Positions 28,426-38,455 of a stretch of 64,000 nt of DNA are shown here, in pieces. The notes under the pieces are model-generated. The model had not been told where the DNA came from. It searched no databases and saw nothing but the letters and a program-made list of their open reading frames with translations. The first letter of the stretch is position 1, and each line of letters starts with the position of its first letter. Source of the DNA: a virus (taxonomy: Duplodnaviria > Caudoviricetes); the IMG/VR virus record IMGVR_UViG_2690315628_000002, positions 1-64,000 of that record. One strand, given 5' to 3'. The position numbers were made by a program, and so were the translations under genes.

Positions 28426-30747
28426 ATGCCCATCGGTCCAGTCGAGCCCATCAAAAACGGAGAGTCCGGTGCCAGCGTCCGTGCGAAGCTGAACTTACTA
28501 TTGCAAGGCGCGATCGACGGGACTCTGGGTTCCGTGACGCCAGAAGATCTAGACGCCCTGATCGACACGGTCCCACCTGCTCGGCCGAAGGGTTTTACGC
28601 TGAACTCAACACTCGTTCCGTCGAACCTTCTGATCGGCACTTGGGAACCCTCTCTCGAGGGAGACTTTGCGTATTACGAAGTGCAATTGAAGCAAGGTCT
28701 CGGTAGCTGGATCGGTTACCAGACAAGCTCCACTCTGCATCAGGTTCCGATGATCCCGAACAGCGTCTACACCGGTCGTGTGTTCGCGGTCGACCGATCG
28801 GGCAACAAGTCGGAACCAAGCGCCGAGTTCACGCACACCACCGTTGCCGACGACGTGCCGCCAGCGATGCCGGTAGGTCTCAGTGCAACGGGAGGCATCA
28901 ATTCGACTTGGTTGAAGTGGGCGGCAAACAACGAAATCGACTTCGCGCGGTATGACCTCTTCGAAGCGTTGGAGGAGTTCCCCGCACCAACCGAGACCAC
29001 GCTTCCGTCATACACCTCGCAGACGAATGCCTTCGTCGTCGGTGGCCAGGAACCGGAAGTCACTCGCTGGTATTGGGTCCGCGCAATCGACACTTCCGGC
29101 AACGTGTCGCCGTGGTCTGCGCCGGCTTCGGCAACGACGGCCAAAATTCGAAGCGAAATCAAAGCAACGCTGGAAGGGATTCTTTTCAAGCCCGGCAACG
29201 CGCCCAATGGCAACCGGTTGACTTGGACCGCGGGTCAAATCACCTATGGCGTAGACGGCAGCACGCCGACCAGCCAGAACATACCTTCCGGTGCCGTCAC
29301 TTTCAGCGGCGCGACCGTCTACGTGTATTACATCCTCGGCGACAACAAGTTCTCGGTCACCACGTCGCTTGTTACGATGTATGCGCAGGATTCCGTCCTG
29401 ATCGGCGTCTACCGAGGAGGTAACGACTATCAGGCCGTAGAAGGCAAGGCTTACATCGATGGCGGCACGATCCTCGCGCAGACGATCGGTGCGAACCAGC
29501 TTGTCGCAGATCAAGCAGTCATCACCGGTTCCGCTCAAATTGCTGAAGCAATTATCGAGAACGCCCACATTGTGGAACTGAGTGCCGCGAAACTGATGGC
29601 TGAGACGGCACTCGCGGGCTCCATAACAGTCGGCGGACATGCTTTGGGTGATGTGGCCGATTATGCCAACGACCCTGCCGGCCGCATCAATGAGGCTGTG
29701 ACGCAGATTGATCCCGGTAAAATCCTGATCTCTGGCGGAACGTCCCTCGCAGACTGGCGGTCAGGCGGAGACACCACCAAGATCAACGGCGGTAACATTG
29801 CCACGAATTCCATCCGCGCAAACGTGCTTGAGATAGGTGCACGGGGCGTCGCGACTGCGGGTATTGCGTTCTCCGGAAATACACCAACTTCGAACCGCGT
29901 GAGTTGGACTGGCGGAACGATCACCTACCTGAATGACGCAGGCTCCCCGGTCGAGGTTACAGTAACCGAAAACCCTATTGGGGCGATGTGGACTGACGCT
30001 ACGATCTATATCTATTGGACGAAAGGGGCCACGTCTCTTTCATCGACGACGCTGGCGCCAACGGCTTTCTCGTCGAACAACATCGTCCTCGCGACTTACA
30101 AAGGCGGGTTAAATCTCACCACTGATTACGGCCGCACGATCATTGATGGTCAGGGTATCAAAACCGGGAGCATTGGCGCCGACCAGATTGCGGCGAATGC
30201 CATCCGCGCCCAACATATCGCCGCCGACAGCATAACGTCGGCAATGATTAGAGCCGGTGCAGTCACAGCGGACAAGATGAGCGTGACATCGCTTGCAGCG
30301 ATCACCGCTGTTCTGGGTAACGTTGATATCGGTGACGCTAACATAAGTCGCCTGGTCGTAGGCACCTCCAACATCGCGCCGGGTGCGATCACGAGCGTGT
30401 CGTTCGCGGAGAGCGGCGGTGGACCAAACACAATCACGCTCGATGTTACAGCAAACCACGGCTTGGGGTCTCCCAAGGTGAAGGTCGAGTTCCGCGGTAA
30501 CGTCAAGGCTGCGGCAGGTTCCACGTTGCAGACATATGCAGAACTCAGAGACCTCAACGCAAACGTCGTCATCGACAGTATACCTCTCGTAACCACGGGG
30601 AACTACGGCCAAACGATACTCTGGTCAAAACTCTTCACACCGCCAGGGAACAGGGCCGCAACAACTTTCCGAGTCACGTTTGCCGGGGTCCCCAACTCCA
30701 ATTGGTCCATGCTTGAGGCTACGACGTTCACATTCAAGCAATCGTAG
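28426..30747 (+). CDS. Tail fibre with fibronectin-III-like domains
   Basis: VFAVDRSGNKS and VRAIDTSGNVS FN3-like motifs; I(T/G)AxxI repeats; duplicated internal domain. Confidence 0.75.
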   Translation: MPIGPVEPIKNGESGASVRAKLNLLLQGAIDGTLGSVTPEDLDALIDTVPPARPKGFTLNSTLVPSNLLIGTWEPSLEGDFAYYEVQLKQGLGSWIGYQTSSTLHQVPMIPNSVYTGRVFAVDRSGNKSEPSAEFTHTTVADDVPPAMPVGLSATGGINSTWLKWAANNEIDFARYDLFEALEEFPAPTETTLPSYTSQTNAFVVGGQEPEVTRWYWVRAIDTSGNVSPWSAPASATTAKIRSEIKATLEGILFKPGNAPNGNRLTWTAGQITYGVDGSTPTSQNIPSGAVTFSGATVYVYYILGDNKFSVTTSLVTMYAQDSVLIGVYRGGNDYQAVEGKAYIDGGTILAQTIGANQLVADQAVITGSAQIAEAIIENAHIVELSAAKLMAETALAGSITVGGHALGDVADYANDPAGRINEAVTQIDPGKILISGGTSLADWRSGGDTTKINGGNIATNSIRANVLEIGARGVATAGIAFSGNTPTSNRVSWTGGTITYLNDAGSPVEVTVTENPIGAMWTDATIYIYWTKGATSLSSTTLAPTAFSSNNIVLATYKGGLNLTTDYGRTIIDGQGIKTGSIGADQIAANAIRAQHIAADSITSAMIRAGAVTADKMSVTSLAAITAVLGNVDIGDANISRLVVGTSNIAPGAITSVSFAESGGGPNTITLDVTANHGLGSPKVKVEFRGNVKAAAGSTLQTYAELRDLNANVVIDSIPLVTTGNYGQTILWSKLFTPPGNRAATTFRVTFAGVPNSNWSMLEATTFTFKQS

Positions 30748-30774
30748 ACGGTGGCAATTTAAGGGAACAGAATC

Positions 30775-31668
30775 GTGTCGTTCGACCAATTTGAAAATAG
30801 CCGGTATAGCGGCACACCTGTATCGCTCTATTTGATCCAAGGTGCAGAAAACAACGGTGAAAACGGAAAGATTGGACCGTTCGGGTTCAACAATGGCGAA
30901 ACGACGATCACTAAAAAGATCGGCGTCGATGATCAGGGACAGGACATTCTTCTCCCGTTTTATCCTTGGCCAATCAAGAACAGCACCATCAGTCATGACG
31001 GATCGCTCGACAAATCCGATGTTACCGTAACCATGTCCCTCGGCACTGAGATCGACCAGCTCTTTCTCGCATATCCCCCGTCACAGGTTGTGAACCTCAC
31101 AATCTTTGAAGGCCACGTTGGCGCTCCCGTAACAGACGAGAATTATCCTGCCATTTGGTTAGGGCGGATACTTGGAAGCACCTACAGGAAAAACGAAATG
31201 GAATTGTCGTGCCAGCCCGTGTCAACCGCATTGCGACGACCAGGTCTGAGGCGAAATTACCAGATCGGGTGCCCTCACGTTCTTTACGGCTCTCAGTGCA
31301 GAGCGAATCGTGCCGCAGCGACCGTCGGTAAGTCCGTGGCCAGCGTCTCGAGAAACAGGATCACGACCGACTCGTGGTTGGGTGACAATTTCGCGCTCTA
31401 TGTGGGCGGCCTGCTGGAGTGGAGCAATTCTGAAACCGGTGTCCGAGAGCTGCGCACAATCGCCTCGGTGGAGAATGTGGGCTTCACCAGTGTGATCGTC
31501 ATTCGCGGCGTGGCCCGTGGATTGGCTGTCGGGACGCCGCTTTCTGTCATCAGGGGCTGCAATCGACAGATGAGCGGCTGTAACCAGCACGGCAACATCT
31601 TGAACTATGGCGGCCAACCGTTCATCCCGCTTGAAAATCCCCTTTCCTCCAAGAACCAATTCTACTAG
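30775..31668 (+). CDS. Baseplate hub protein (DUF2163/BR0599-like)
   Basis: YQIGCPHVLYGSQC...GCNR...C...NILNYGG Cys pattern. Confidence 0.85.
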   Translation: MSFDQFENSRYSGTPVSLYLIQGAENNGENGKIGPFGFNNGETTITKKIGVDDQGQDILLPFYPWPIKNSTISHDGSLDKSDVTVTMSLGTEIDQLFLAYPPSQVVNLTIFEGHVGAPVTDENYPAIWLGRILGSTYRKNEMELSCQPVSTALRRPGLRRNYQIGCPHVLYGSQCRANRAAATVGKSVASVSRNRITTDSWLGDNFALYVGGLLEWSNSETGVRELRTIASVENVGFTSVIVIRGVARGLAVGTPLSVIRGCNRQMSGCNQHGNILNYGGQPFIPLENPLSSKNQFY

Positions 31669-31706
31669 AATTACTCACTAAACGTGAAATCCACGAAAAG
31701 TGAGCC

Positions 31707-31943
31707 ATGCCCTTTCCGTTCCTTGCATTGTTCGTTCAGCTTCTGGTCGGCATAGGATCGATGGTGATCGGCTACCTCATGATGCCGAAAGCCTCGACAT
31801 CTCAGCCCGAGGAAGTGACGGACATGGACGAGCCGACGGCTGAGAGCCGGCCTATACCTGTCGTCTTTGGCGAACTCGATGTTGCGCCCAATATCCTCTG
31901 GTTCGGCGACAAGGCAACGACCAGCAGAAAGGTTTCTGCGTGA
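31707..31943 (+). CDS. Small tail assembly protein
   Basis: Hydrophobic N-terminus; PTAE..PIPVVFG...PNILWFGD. Confidence 0.75.
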   Translation: MPFPFLALFVQLLVGIGSMVIGYLMMPKASTSQPEEVTDMDEPTAESRPIPVVFGELDVAPNILWFGDKATTSRKVSA

Positions 31944-32143
31944 GCGAGGTCGATCCCATCGTTACGATCAGCGACATCCGTCCGTTCTTCTGCGTGAAGG
32001 GCGTGCGCAAAGCGTTTGCGGCTGGCGGTGGCGACTTCGACCACTTCCTCAGACACGGTATGCCAGCCTCAGAATTGAGGGGCAAAGGCTTTGACGCTCA
32101 GCTGGATCGCGTTCTCGATGCTATCCGCTCGAGGGCCTCCTAA
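31940..32143 (+). CDS. Small tail assembly protein
   Basis: CVKGVR..F...DF..FLRHG pattern; coupled. Confidence 0.7.
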   Translation: MSEVDPIVTISDIRPFFCVKGVRKAFAAGGGDFDHFLRHGMPASELRGKGFDAQLDRVLDAIRSRAS

Positions 32144-34509
32144 TGGGAATGGGCGGCAAGGGCGAAGGCAAAGTCGAAATCTTCGAGTACACGATGGGTC
32201 TCCATATGGGCATTTGCGCCTATGGAGACGGCGTGAAGCTGATTGCCGCGAAGTACAACGAAAAGGAAATCTGGCGCGGGGAATTGGTCGACGAGACGAC
32301 CGTCGCAATCAACAAGCCAGATCTGTTCGGCGATGTGAAAAAGGAGGGCGGAGTCAAAGGCCTTCTGTGGTGGTTGCCTGGGAAAGCAACGCAAGTCATG
32401 CCGGCATCACTGGCAGCCCGCCTTGGTTTAACGAGCGCAACGTGCCCCGGCTTTCGTGGCTTCACCAGTGTGTTCCTGACAGGCGTGGCAGACGTTTGGG
32501 AAGGGGCATATCAAGGGCTCGTGAACGCGCTGAACAATCAGCCGTCGGCTTTCAAGCGCGGCTTTTATCTCGCTGCAAACAATCCATATCTGCGCGCCTT
32601 TTCGTTCCGTATTCGCCGGGCTCCGATCGGTCTCAATCCTGCTCTTGCGCTTATTCAGGTCGACAGCGATTCCTACGGTCGACCGCAGTACGGCGCAAAC
32701 CCCGCGCACATCATCTACGAATGCCTCACCAACCAGGATTGGGGAATGGGAGAGTCGCCGGGCGTCATCGACAAGGACTCCTTTGAGGCTGCCGCACAAC
32801 TGTTCTACAACGAACGACTTGGAATGAGCCTTGTCTGGACCCGCCAGAGCGAAATCCAGAAGTTCATCGGCGAGGTCTGCAATCATGTTCAGGCCGCTGT
32901 CTTCGTGAAGCCGTCGACTGGAAAGCACACGATCAAGGCTCTCCGAGGCGACTATGATGTCGATCTCCTTCCGGTCATTGATGCGAGCAATGCAGTCCTT
33001 GCCAATTTCGCGCGCAAGGCGTGGGGCGAACTCGCGAATGAAATCGTGGTCACGATGACCAATGCCGAAACCGGTAAGAGTGAAACGATCACCGTTCAGG
33101 ACTTGGCAGGCATTGCCGCAGAGGGTGGCATCGTCAGCTCGTCGAGAAACTATTATGGTTTCACTTCGAAATCTGCGGCACAGTATGTGGCCGAGCGCGA
33201 TCTGGCCGCGTCCGTAAATCCCATCGCAACATGTCAGGCGCAGGTGACGCGGCAGTTTTGGGATACTGTCAGCAGCGACGTGGTCGTGCTGTCGTGGCCT
33301 GAATACGACATTGAGCGCATAGTATTTCGTGTCTCCGAGGCTCAGAGAGATTCCAACACGGTGACGCTGGATCTCTACGAAGACATCTTCGGGCTCGATC
33401 TTGCGAGCTACCTCGAGTCTGATGACACGGCGTGGGTCAATCCATCACAACCGCCGACGCCAGCTTCATATTACCAGATTGGCACAGCACCTGCTTTCAT
33501 GGCTGCAGCTGCCCTGAAGCTCAATGATCCGTCCGAACTCGAATACCCGGAAGCGCTGGCAGCCGTGACGGTTGGTGCCGACAGCGACGATGATGTGAAC
33601 TACGATCTCGTGACCTATGTCACGGACGTGAACGGGACCACCAAACGTTCATCGATCGGCACGCGCCCGTTCTTCGGCACCTTTGCACTAACCACGCCAC
33701 TCGTGGCCGAGTCGCAAAGCCAGTTGACAACGCTACCAGGTCTTCGCGGTGGGGTTCCGTCGGCTGGCGATTTCATTCTCATAGGAACAGGAAATGACGA
33801 GTATACGGAAATCTGCACAGTGCAGACAGCGGACGCGCTCGGCTATCTGTTGAACCGCGGGATGCTCGACACGGTGCCAAAAGCATGGCCTGTCGGGACG
33901 CGTTGTTTCATCATTCCAGCGGACTCAGTCATGGTTGACCCCACGGTGCGATCCGTTTTCGAAAGCACTTCCTACTGGCTGCTGACCAGGACAACAGCCG
34001 GCGCGCTGCCTCTAGCGAACGCACCACAGCTCAACATCTCAATCAGCCCACGTCCGTATCGGCCCAACCGACCTGCCAACGTGAAGATCAATGGCGTCAG
34101 TTTCGGTGCAGTCGACGCGCGTTCTGCGTCCGAACTGTCTGTAAGCTGGTCGAACCGCAACCGCATCCTCGAGTCGACGCAGGCTCTGAAATGGAATGAG
34201 GCTGATGTTGGCGGCGAAGACGGTCAGACGACGCGCATCGATGTTCGCACGACGACCGGGACATTGATCACCAGTTATTCCGGTCTGACCGGGAACACGT
34301 TCACCATTCCGCTGAGTGACCTTGGTACGAACGTCAACTCGACGGTCACCGTATCGGCCGAACGGGAGGGTTATCGCTCCCTGCAGGCACACTCGCTGGC
34401 GGTCCAAATCACACCTCGCGACGCGATCAGATTGTCCGGTGACGAGAGCGGGTATCTCCGCCTGTCGGGCGACCAAAGCGGCCGCATTCTACTCTCAGGA
34501 GACGCCTGA
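32143..34509 (+). CDS. Tail tip / central fibre protein
   Basis: LFG..KKEGG, NPAHIIYECLT...WGMG, RGMLDTVP motifs. Confidence 0.85.
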   Translation: MGMGGKGEGKVEIFEYTMGLHMGICAYGDGVKLIAAKYNEKEIWRGELVDETTVAINKPDLFGDVKKEGGVKGLLWWLPGKATQVMPASLAARLGLTSATCPGFRGFTSVFLTGVADVWEGAYQGLVNALNNQPSAFKRGFYLAANNPYLRAFSFRIRRAPIGLNPALALIQVDSDSYGRPQYGANPAHIIYECLTNQDWGMGESPGVIDKDSFEAAAQLFYNERLGMSLVWTRQSEIQKFIGEVCNHVQAAVFVKPSTGKHTIKALRGDYDVDLLPVIDASNAVLANFARKAWGELANEIVVTMTNAETGKSETITVQDLAGIAAEGGIVSSSRNYYGFTSKSAAQYVAERDLAASVNPIATCQAQVTRQFWDTVSSDVVVLSWPEYDIERIVFRVSEAQRDSNTVTLDLYEDIFGLDLASYLESDDTAWVNPSQPPTPASYYQIGTAPAFMAAAALKLNDPSELEYPEALAAVTVGADSDDDVNYDLVTYVTDVNGTTKRSSIGTRPFFGTFALTTPLVAESQSQLTTLPGLRGGVPSAGDFILIGTGNDEYTEICTVQTADALGYLLNRGMLDTVPKAWPVGTRCFIIPADSVMVDPTVRSVFESTSYWLLTRTTAGALPLANAPQLNISISPRPYRPNRPANVKINGVSFGAVDARSASELSVSWSNRNRILESTQALKWNEADVGGEDGQTTRIDVRTTTGTLITSYSGLTGNTFTIPLSDLGTNVNSTVTVSAEREGYRSLQAHSLAVQITPRDAIRLSGDESGYLRLSGDQSGRILLSGDA

Positions 34510-35624
34510 TGGCCGACAAAGAACTTGGAGCCTTATCACCGATCGAAACTCTGCTCGCGGCGGCGCTGTTTCATACCGTCCAAGGTGGCAATAGCCGGAA
34601 GGTGACAGCGCAGCAGATTGCTGACTTTGTCAACGGGAACTATCCGGCGTTCATTCAGGCACTTCTGTCGGCGCAGGATGCTGATGATGTCTATGCGGCT
34701 ATCGGTGCGGCGCCCGACGCAGATAAACTTGGTGGTCAGTTGCCGTCTTTCTTCGCCTCAGCGGAGGCAGTTGATGATGCACTTGCGGATAAGGTGCCCA
34801 CTTCGCGCACGATCGCAGGCCATGCGCTGACCGCGGACGTTACGCTCGCAAAAGCGGACGTTGGACTGGGGAATGTCGACAATACGTCGGATGCCAACAA
34901 GCCGGTCAGTACAGCACAGCAGGCTGCTCTCGACCTCAAGGTGGCCGGGCCAACGACATCGGTTGCCGGAGGCTTGGTACAGTTCACAGATGCAACCGGT
35001 GACAACATCGGTCCCGCAACAATCGGATCGCCAGCTATACTTGGCCGAGCTTCTGCGGGGGTGGGAGATGTCGAGCGGTTGACGCAAGCGCAGGCACGTC
35101 AGGTTCTCGGCGGCTGGGAATACATCAACAGGTTTGATCTTGCTGGCATCTCTCAATTGGACATAACGGGGCTAGGGGCTTTTCTTAGTATACGGCTAAG
35201 TATGTGCGCAATTTTCAATGGTCAATCTTCGGCTGGATTGCGGTTCTCGGTCGACAACGGCACGACTTACGGTGCCGATACAGATGAATTTAGGTTCACA
35301 ACCCTTGATGGATCGTTTACGTACTCGACCAATACTTCGGTGGCCGCGGCCAGTGATGCTAGTTCTTTTTGGGCGCCGATTATGGACCACGGCGGGGATT
35401 CGGGCTGGCCTACGGTTTCGGAGTCAGTGATACACAATTTCAACGTTGCTAGGAATGCTGCAATAATCACTAGCAGCCGAGTAGCAACGGCTAACTCTAG
35501 AGTTTCAAGAGTAATAGCGAATGCACACAAGAGAGGAAACGCGCAGAACGCAATAAGGCTACTGCTTAATCAGGTCACGACAATTCAGAGTGGTTACATT
35601 ATAGCAGAGGGTGTAAGGTCATGA
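34509..35624 (+). CDS. Tail fibre / receptor-binding protein
   Basis: KADVGLGNVDNTSDANKPVSTAQQAALD fibre repeat; divergent C-terminus. Confidence 0.8.
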   Translation: MADKELGALSPIETLLAAALFHTVQGGNSRKVTAQQIADFVNGNYPAFIQALLSAQDADDVYAAIGAAPDADKLGGQLPSFFASAEAVDDALADKVPTSRTIAGHALTADVTLAKADVGLGNVDNTSDANKPVSTAQQAALDLKVAGPTTSVAGGLVQFTDATGDNIGPATIGSPAILGRASAGVGDVERLTQAQARQVLGGWEYINRFDLAGISQLDITGLGAFLSIRLSMCAIFNGQSSAGLRFSVDNGTTYGADTDEFRFTTLDGSFTYSTNTSVAAASDASSFWAPIMDHGGDSGWPTVSESVIHNFNVARNAAIITSSRVATANSRVSRVIANAHKRGNAQNAIRLLLNQVTTIQSGYIIAEGVRS

Positions 35625-35995
35625 AAATAGCAACTTTTAATTTTGAAACAGGTGTAGCGACCGAACGCTCCATGACCGTAGACGAAATTGCACAAATTGG
35701 GGTGCATCCTGAGCCTCCGATCCCCACCGTCATCGACTACGAAAACGCCATCCAGAACCTTGTCGACAGCACGGCGCGCGAGAAGCAATTCCGCGATGGC
35801 GTCACGCTCGCATCCTACACGGCATCGACAAAGCCCAACTGGGCAGCAGAGGCTCAAGCCTTTGTCGCATGGCGCGATAATGTCTGGTTCTACGCTTATG
35901 GCGAATTGGCCAAGGTGCAGGCCGGGCAACGCCAGCAGCCCTCAGTCGAAGAGTTTCTTGCAGAGATCACTCCGATCGAATGGCCTCAAGCGTAA
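35621..35995 (+). CDS. Tail fibre assembly-like protein
   Basis: EAQAFVAWRD.VW...I.WP pattern; coupled to the fibre gene. Confidence 0.65.
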   Translation: MKIATFNFETGVATERSMTVDEIAQIGVHPEPPIPTVIDYENAIQNLVDSTAREKQFRDGVTLASYTASTKPNWAAEAQAFVAWRDNVWFYAYGELAKVQAGQRQQPSVEEFLAEITPIEWPQA

Positions 35996-36006
35996 AGGAC
36001 ACCCCA

Positions 36007-36213
36007 ATGACATCCTACGTTGACTCACTGAAACGACAGAACGCTTTCCTCCAATCGGAAATCGAGCGGCATGCGAACGCGGTTGACGCTCTCGCGTCCG
36101 AACTCGACCTGAGGACCCGTCAATGCGACGATCTACAAAAGCAACTTGAGGAATCGCAGAACGATCAAGCAGAGCTTCCTTTTGATGCTCAAAATTCCTC
36201 ACAAAAGTTGTAA
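36007..36213 (+). CDS. Small coiled-coil hypothetical protein
   Basis: AAGGA RBS; heptad pattern. Confidence 0.5.
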   Translation: MTSYVDSLKRQNAFLQSEIERHANAVDALASELDLRTRQCDDLQKQLEESQNDQAELPFDAQNSSQKL

Positions 36214-36270
36214 TTTGCGCTAACGTTGTGTATTTCTGATCGGGTCCGCATCGTTCCCGAGGATTAATTC

Positions 36271-37266
36271 ATGACAGCAGTGTCCGTCTCGCAGGTCCGC
36301 GCCGCCGCAAAGGGGCGCGTCGACGAAAGCAACCTGAATTCTGTCATGATGGCGCTGTCGAAATATGGTGCCGGTGCCGGTTTGAACCTGCCGCATCGCG
36401 CCGTTCCGTACCTGTCACAACTGATGCATGAGAGCGGATCGTTCCGGTATGACCGCGAAATTTGGGGTCCGACACCTGCGCAAGAGCGCTACGACACCCG
36501 CACGGATCTCGGTAACACCCCCGAGAAAGACGGCGACGGCTACAAGAACCGTGGTCGCGGCCCCATCCAGGTTACCGGCGCTCACAACATCCGTGCCTTC
36601 TACCAGTGGTGCGTGCGGAAAGGGCTCAATCCTCCGGACTTCGTTAAAAACCCCGATCTCATCAACACCGACCCATGGGAAGGCCTCTCGGCGATCTGGT
36701 ACTGGGATGAGGGCAACCCTGATGGCAAGAGCCTCAACCGTTACGCAGATCGCAACGACCCCGAAATGCTCACCCGTCGCATCAACGGTGGCCTTAACGG
36801 CTATGCGGATCGCCTGGATTATTACACCCGACTCGGTCTTGCCGTGCTTGGTTTCAGCGTCACTGACATCATCGGCCTGCAGAACGCAGGGCAGAAAACG
36901 GGATACTACAAAGGTAAGCTCGACGGTCTGGATGGTCCGCAGACGCGTGCTGCCATCCACCTCATGCTCGTCGACCTGTCACCCAAGTCGCAGGTCATCG
37001 AGGTTAAAGCTGCGCCCGTTACCGAAGAAAAGCCGGTGCCGGTTACTCCGCCGAGCCTAGACGCTCCGTGGTGGAAATCGAAGGAAGTCATCGTGCCCGC
37101 AGTTACAGGTGGCGGACTTTCCTCCGGGCTGGCTGCCGTCGGCTCGATGCCGTGGCAAAACCTCGCATTGATCCTCGTTGCATTCGGCCTCGCTGGCGCA
37201 TTCCTGCTCTGGCGGAAGAAGTCCGATGCGAAGGCCGTCTCCGACCAGGTGCAGGGGATGGCGTGA
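36271..37266 (+). CDS. Endolysin, GH19 family, with PG-binding-like segment and C-terminal TM
   Basis: QLMHESG, RGRGPIQVTG, TRRINGGLNG; LDGLDGPQTRAAI. Confidence 0.9.
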   Translation: MTAVSVSQVRAAAKGRVDESNLNSVMMALSKYGAGAGLNLPHRAVPYLSQLMHESGSFRYDREIWGPTPAQERYDTRTDLGNTPEKDGDGYKNRGRGPIQVTGAHNIRAFYQWCVRKGLNPPDFVKNPDLINTDPWEGLSAIWYWDEGNPDGKSLNRYADRNDPEMLTRRINGGLNGYADRLDYYTRLGLAVLGFSVTDIIGLQNAGQKTGYYKGKLDGLDGPQTRAAIHLMLVDLSPKSQVIEVKAAPVTEEKPVPVTPPSLDAPWWKSKEVIVPAVTGGGLSSGLAAVGSMPWQNLALILVAFGLAGAFLLWRKKSDAKAVSDQVQGMA

Positions 37267-37526
37267 TGATGTTCAGTTTCACCGACTATCTCAAACTCGG
37301 TATCGGCGCGATCGCTGGTGCAGCACTGATGGCTGTGCCGGCGTGCTCCTACGGCGTCCATCAAGAACGCGAAAGCGCGAAGGTCGAGGCCGCGAAAGAA
37401 GCGCTCGGCCGCATCACCAAAATGGAGGAAAACGATGCTTCGTTCCGCAAGCTTCCGTCTCACGAGCGTTGCCTTGCTATCGTGCGTGATAGCGGGCTGC
37501 CAGACAGCACCTGCGATGAACGGTAG
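37266..37526 (+). CDS. Putative i-spanin (Rz-like)
   Basis: N-terminal TM then helical region; overlaps a lipoprotein ORF. Confidence 0.6.
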   Translation: MMFSFTDYLKLGIGAIAGAALMAVPACSYGVHQERESAKVEAAKEALGRITKMEENDASFRKLPSHERCLAIVRDSGLPDSTCDER

Positions 37527-37653
37527 CGGGTATCAGGTCACCCGGTTCTCTGATCCGGAGGCCGCACGGCTTGCTTCACAGGATCCGACAGCCGGTCCTG
37601 CGATCTATTCCAACAATCGCCAGTGCAGCCGCGACGCTGCCTGCCGCAAGTAA
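37435..37653 (+). CDS. Putative o-spanin lipoprotein (Rz1-like)
   Basis: Signal peptide with lipobox IAGC; overlapping reading frame. Confidence 0.6.
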   Translation: MLRSASFRLTSVALLSCVIAGCQTAPAMNGSGYQVTRFSDPEAARLASQDPTAGPAIYSNNRQCSRDAACRK

Positions 37654-37670
37654 GGGCAGGAAACCGTGAC

Positions 37671-37952
37671 ATGACAGAACAACTTCCGGAGAAGATGGTG
37701 GAGCTGCCAGAAAAGACCAGGGCCTTCCTTGCCGGGCTCCGTCTCGATGAATTGAAAACCCTCGAGGCAATCATCGAGATGCCTGCCGAAGATGTCCGAG
37801 AAGGATTTCGAATGGTGCGGGATATGCGGACCGTGGGCAAGTTCATGCGCTGGCTGCTGTTATCAATGATCGCGCTCTTCGTCGGCTCCATCATGCTTTA
37901 CGAGAATATTCAAAAAGCTATCGGCTATCTGAAGGGAGGGCCGGCGCCATGA
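37671..37952 (+). CDS. Single-TM membrane protein, possible holin
   Basis: One C-terminal TM; in lysis cassette. Confidence 0.5.
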   Translation: MTEQLPEKMVELPEKTRAFLAGLRLDELKTLEAIIEMPAEDVREGFRMVRDMRTVGKFMRWLLLSMIALFVGSIMLYENIQKAIGYLKGGPAP

Positions 37953-38419
37953 AACGCATCGTGTGGAAAGTGGTAGGTGTTGGCGTCTTTGCGCTCGCTG
38001 GGTTGGGTTCAATCAATCTAGGCATATGGGTTGCCGATCGGGAACCTCCGATCATCTATGAAGATGCAAAAGCACTGTCGCCCTCGGTAGAGCAGGGCGG
38101 AACGATCGAGATCGAGTTCTCAGTATTCAGGACGCGGATCTGCCCGCTCATTGCCAAGCGTTGGCTCACTGACTCTGCGAACGAACGACACAACATCCCG
38201 CAGTTCACCACCGGGCTAAAGCTGTTGGCGGGCAGGGAAACCTACCGACGGTCTATCACTGTGCCTCAGTCGGCATCTGCCGGATCGGCCGAATATCGCG
38301 TGACCTTGGAGTACGTGTGCAACCCTCTCCAGAGGTTCCTCGGACCCATTGTTGTCACTTCGCCGCCCGTCCGATTCGATGTGTTGCCTGGACGATTTGT
38401 AGTCGCGCCGCCAGCTTAA
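37949..38419 (+). CDS. Membrane-anchored hypothetical protein
   Basis: N-terminal TM, two Cys; ATGA-coupled. Confidence 0.6.
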   Translation: MKRIVWKVVGVGVFALAGLGSINLGIWVADREPPIIYEDAKALSPSVEQGGTIEIEFSVFRTRICPLIAKRWLTDSANERHNIPQFTTGLKLLAGRETYRRSITVPQSASAGSAEYRVTLEYVCNPLQRFLGPIVVTSPPVRFDVLPGRFVVAPPA

Positions 38420-38455
38420 CAAATCGCCGGCAGTCCTCGATCTTGCTTTCGCAGA

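Noticed and set aside
27606-28640. Long antisense ORFs (also 17188-18027, 8864-9580, 62293-63012 and others)
   Set aside because: Shadow frames of high-GC genes with clear products on the other strand.
34509-35995. Diversity-generating retroelement or invertible tail-fibre cassette
   Set aside because: No reverse transcriptase, invertase, or template/variable repeat pair was seen.
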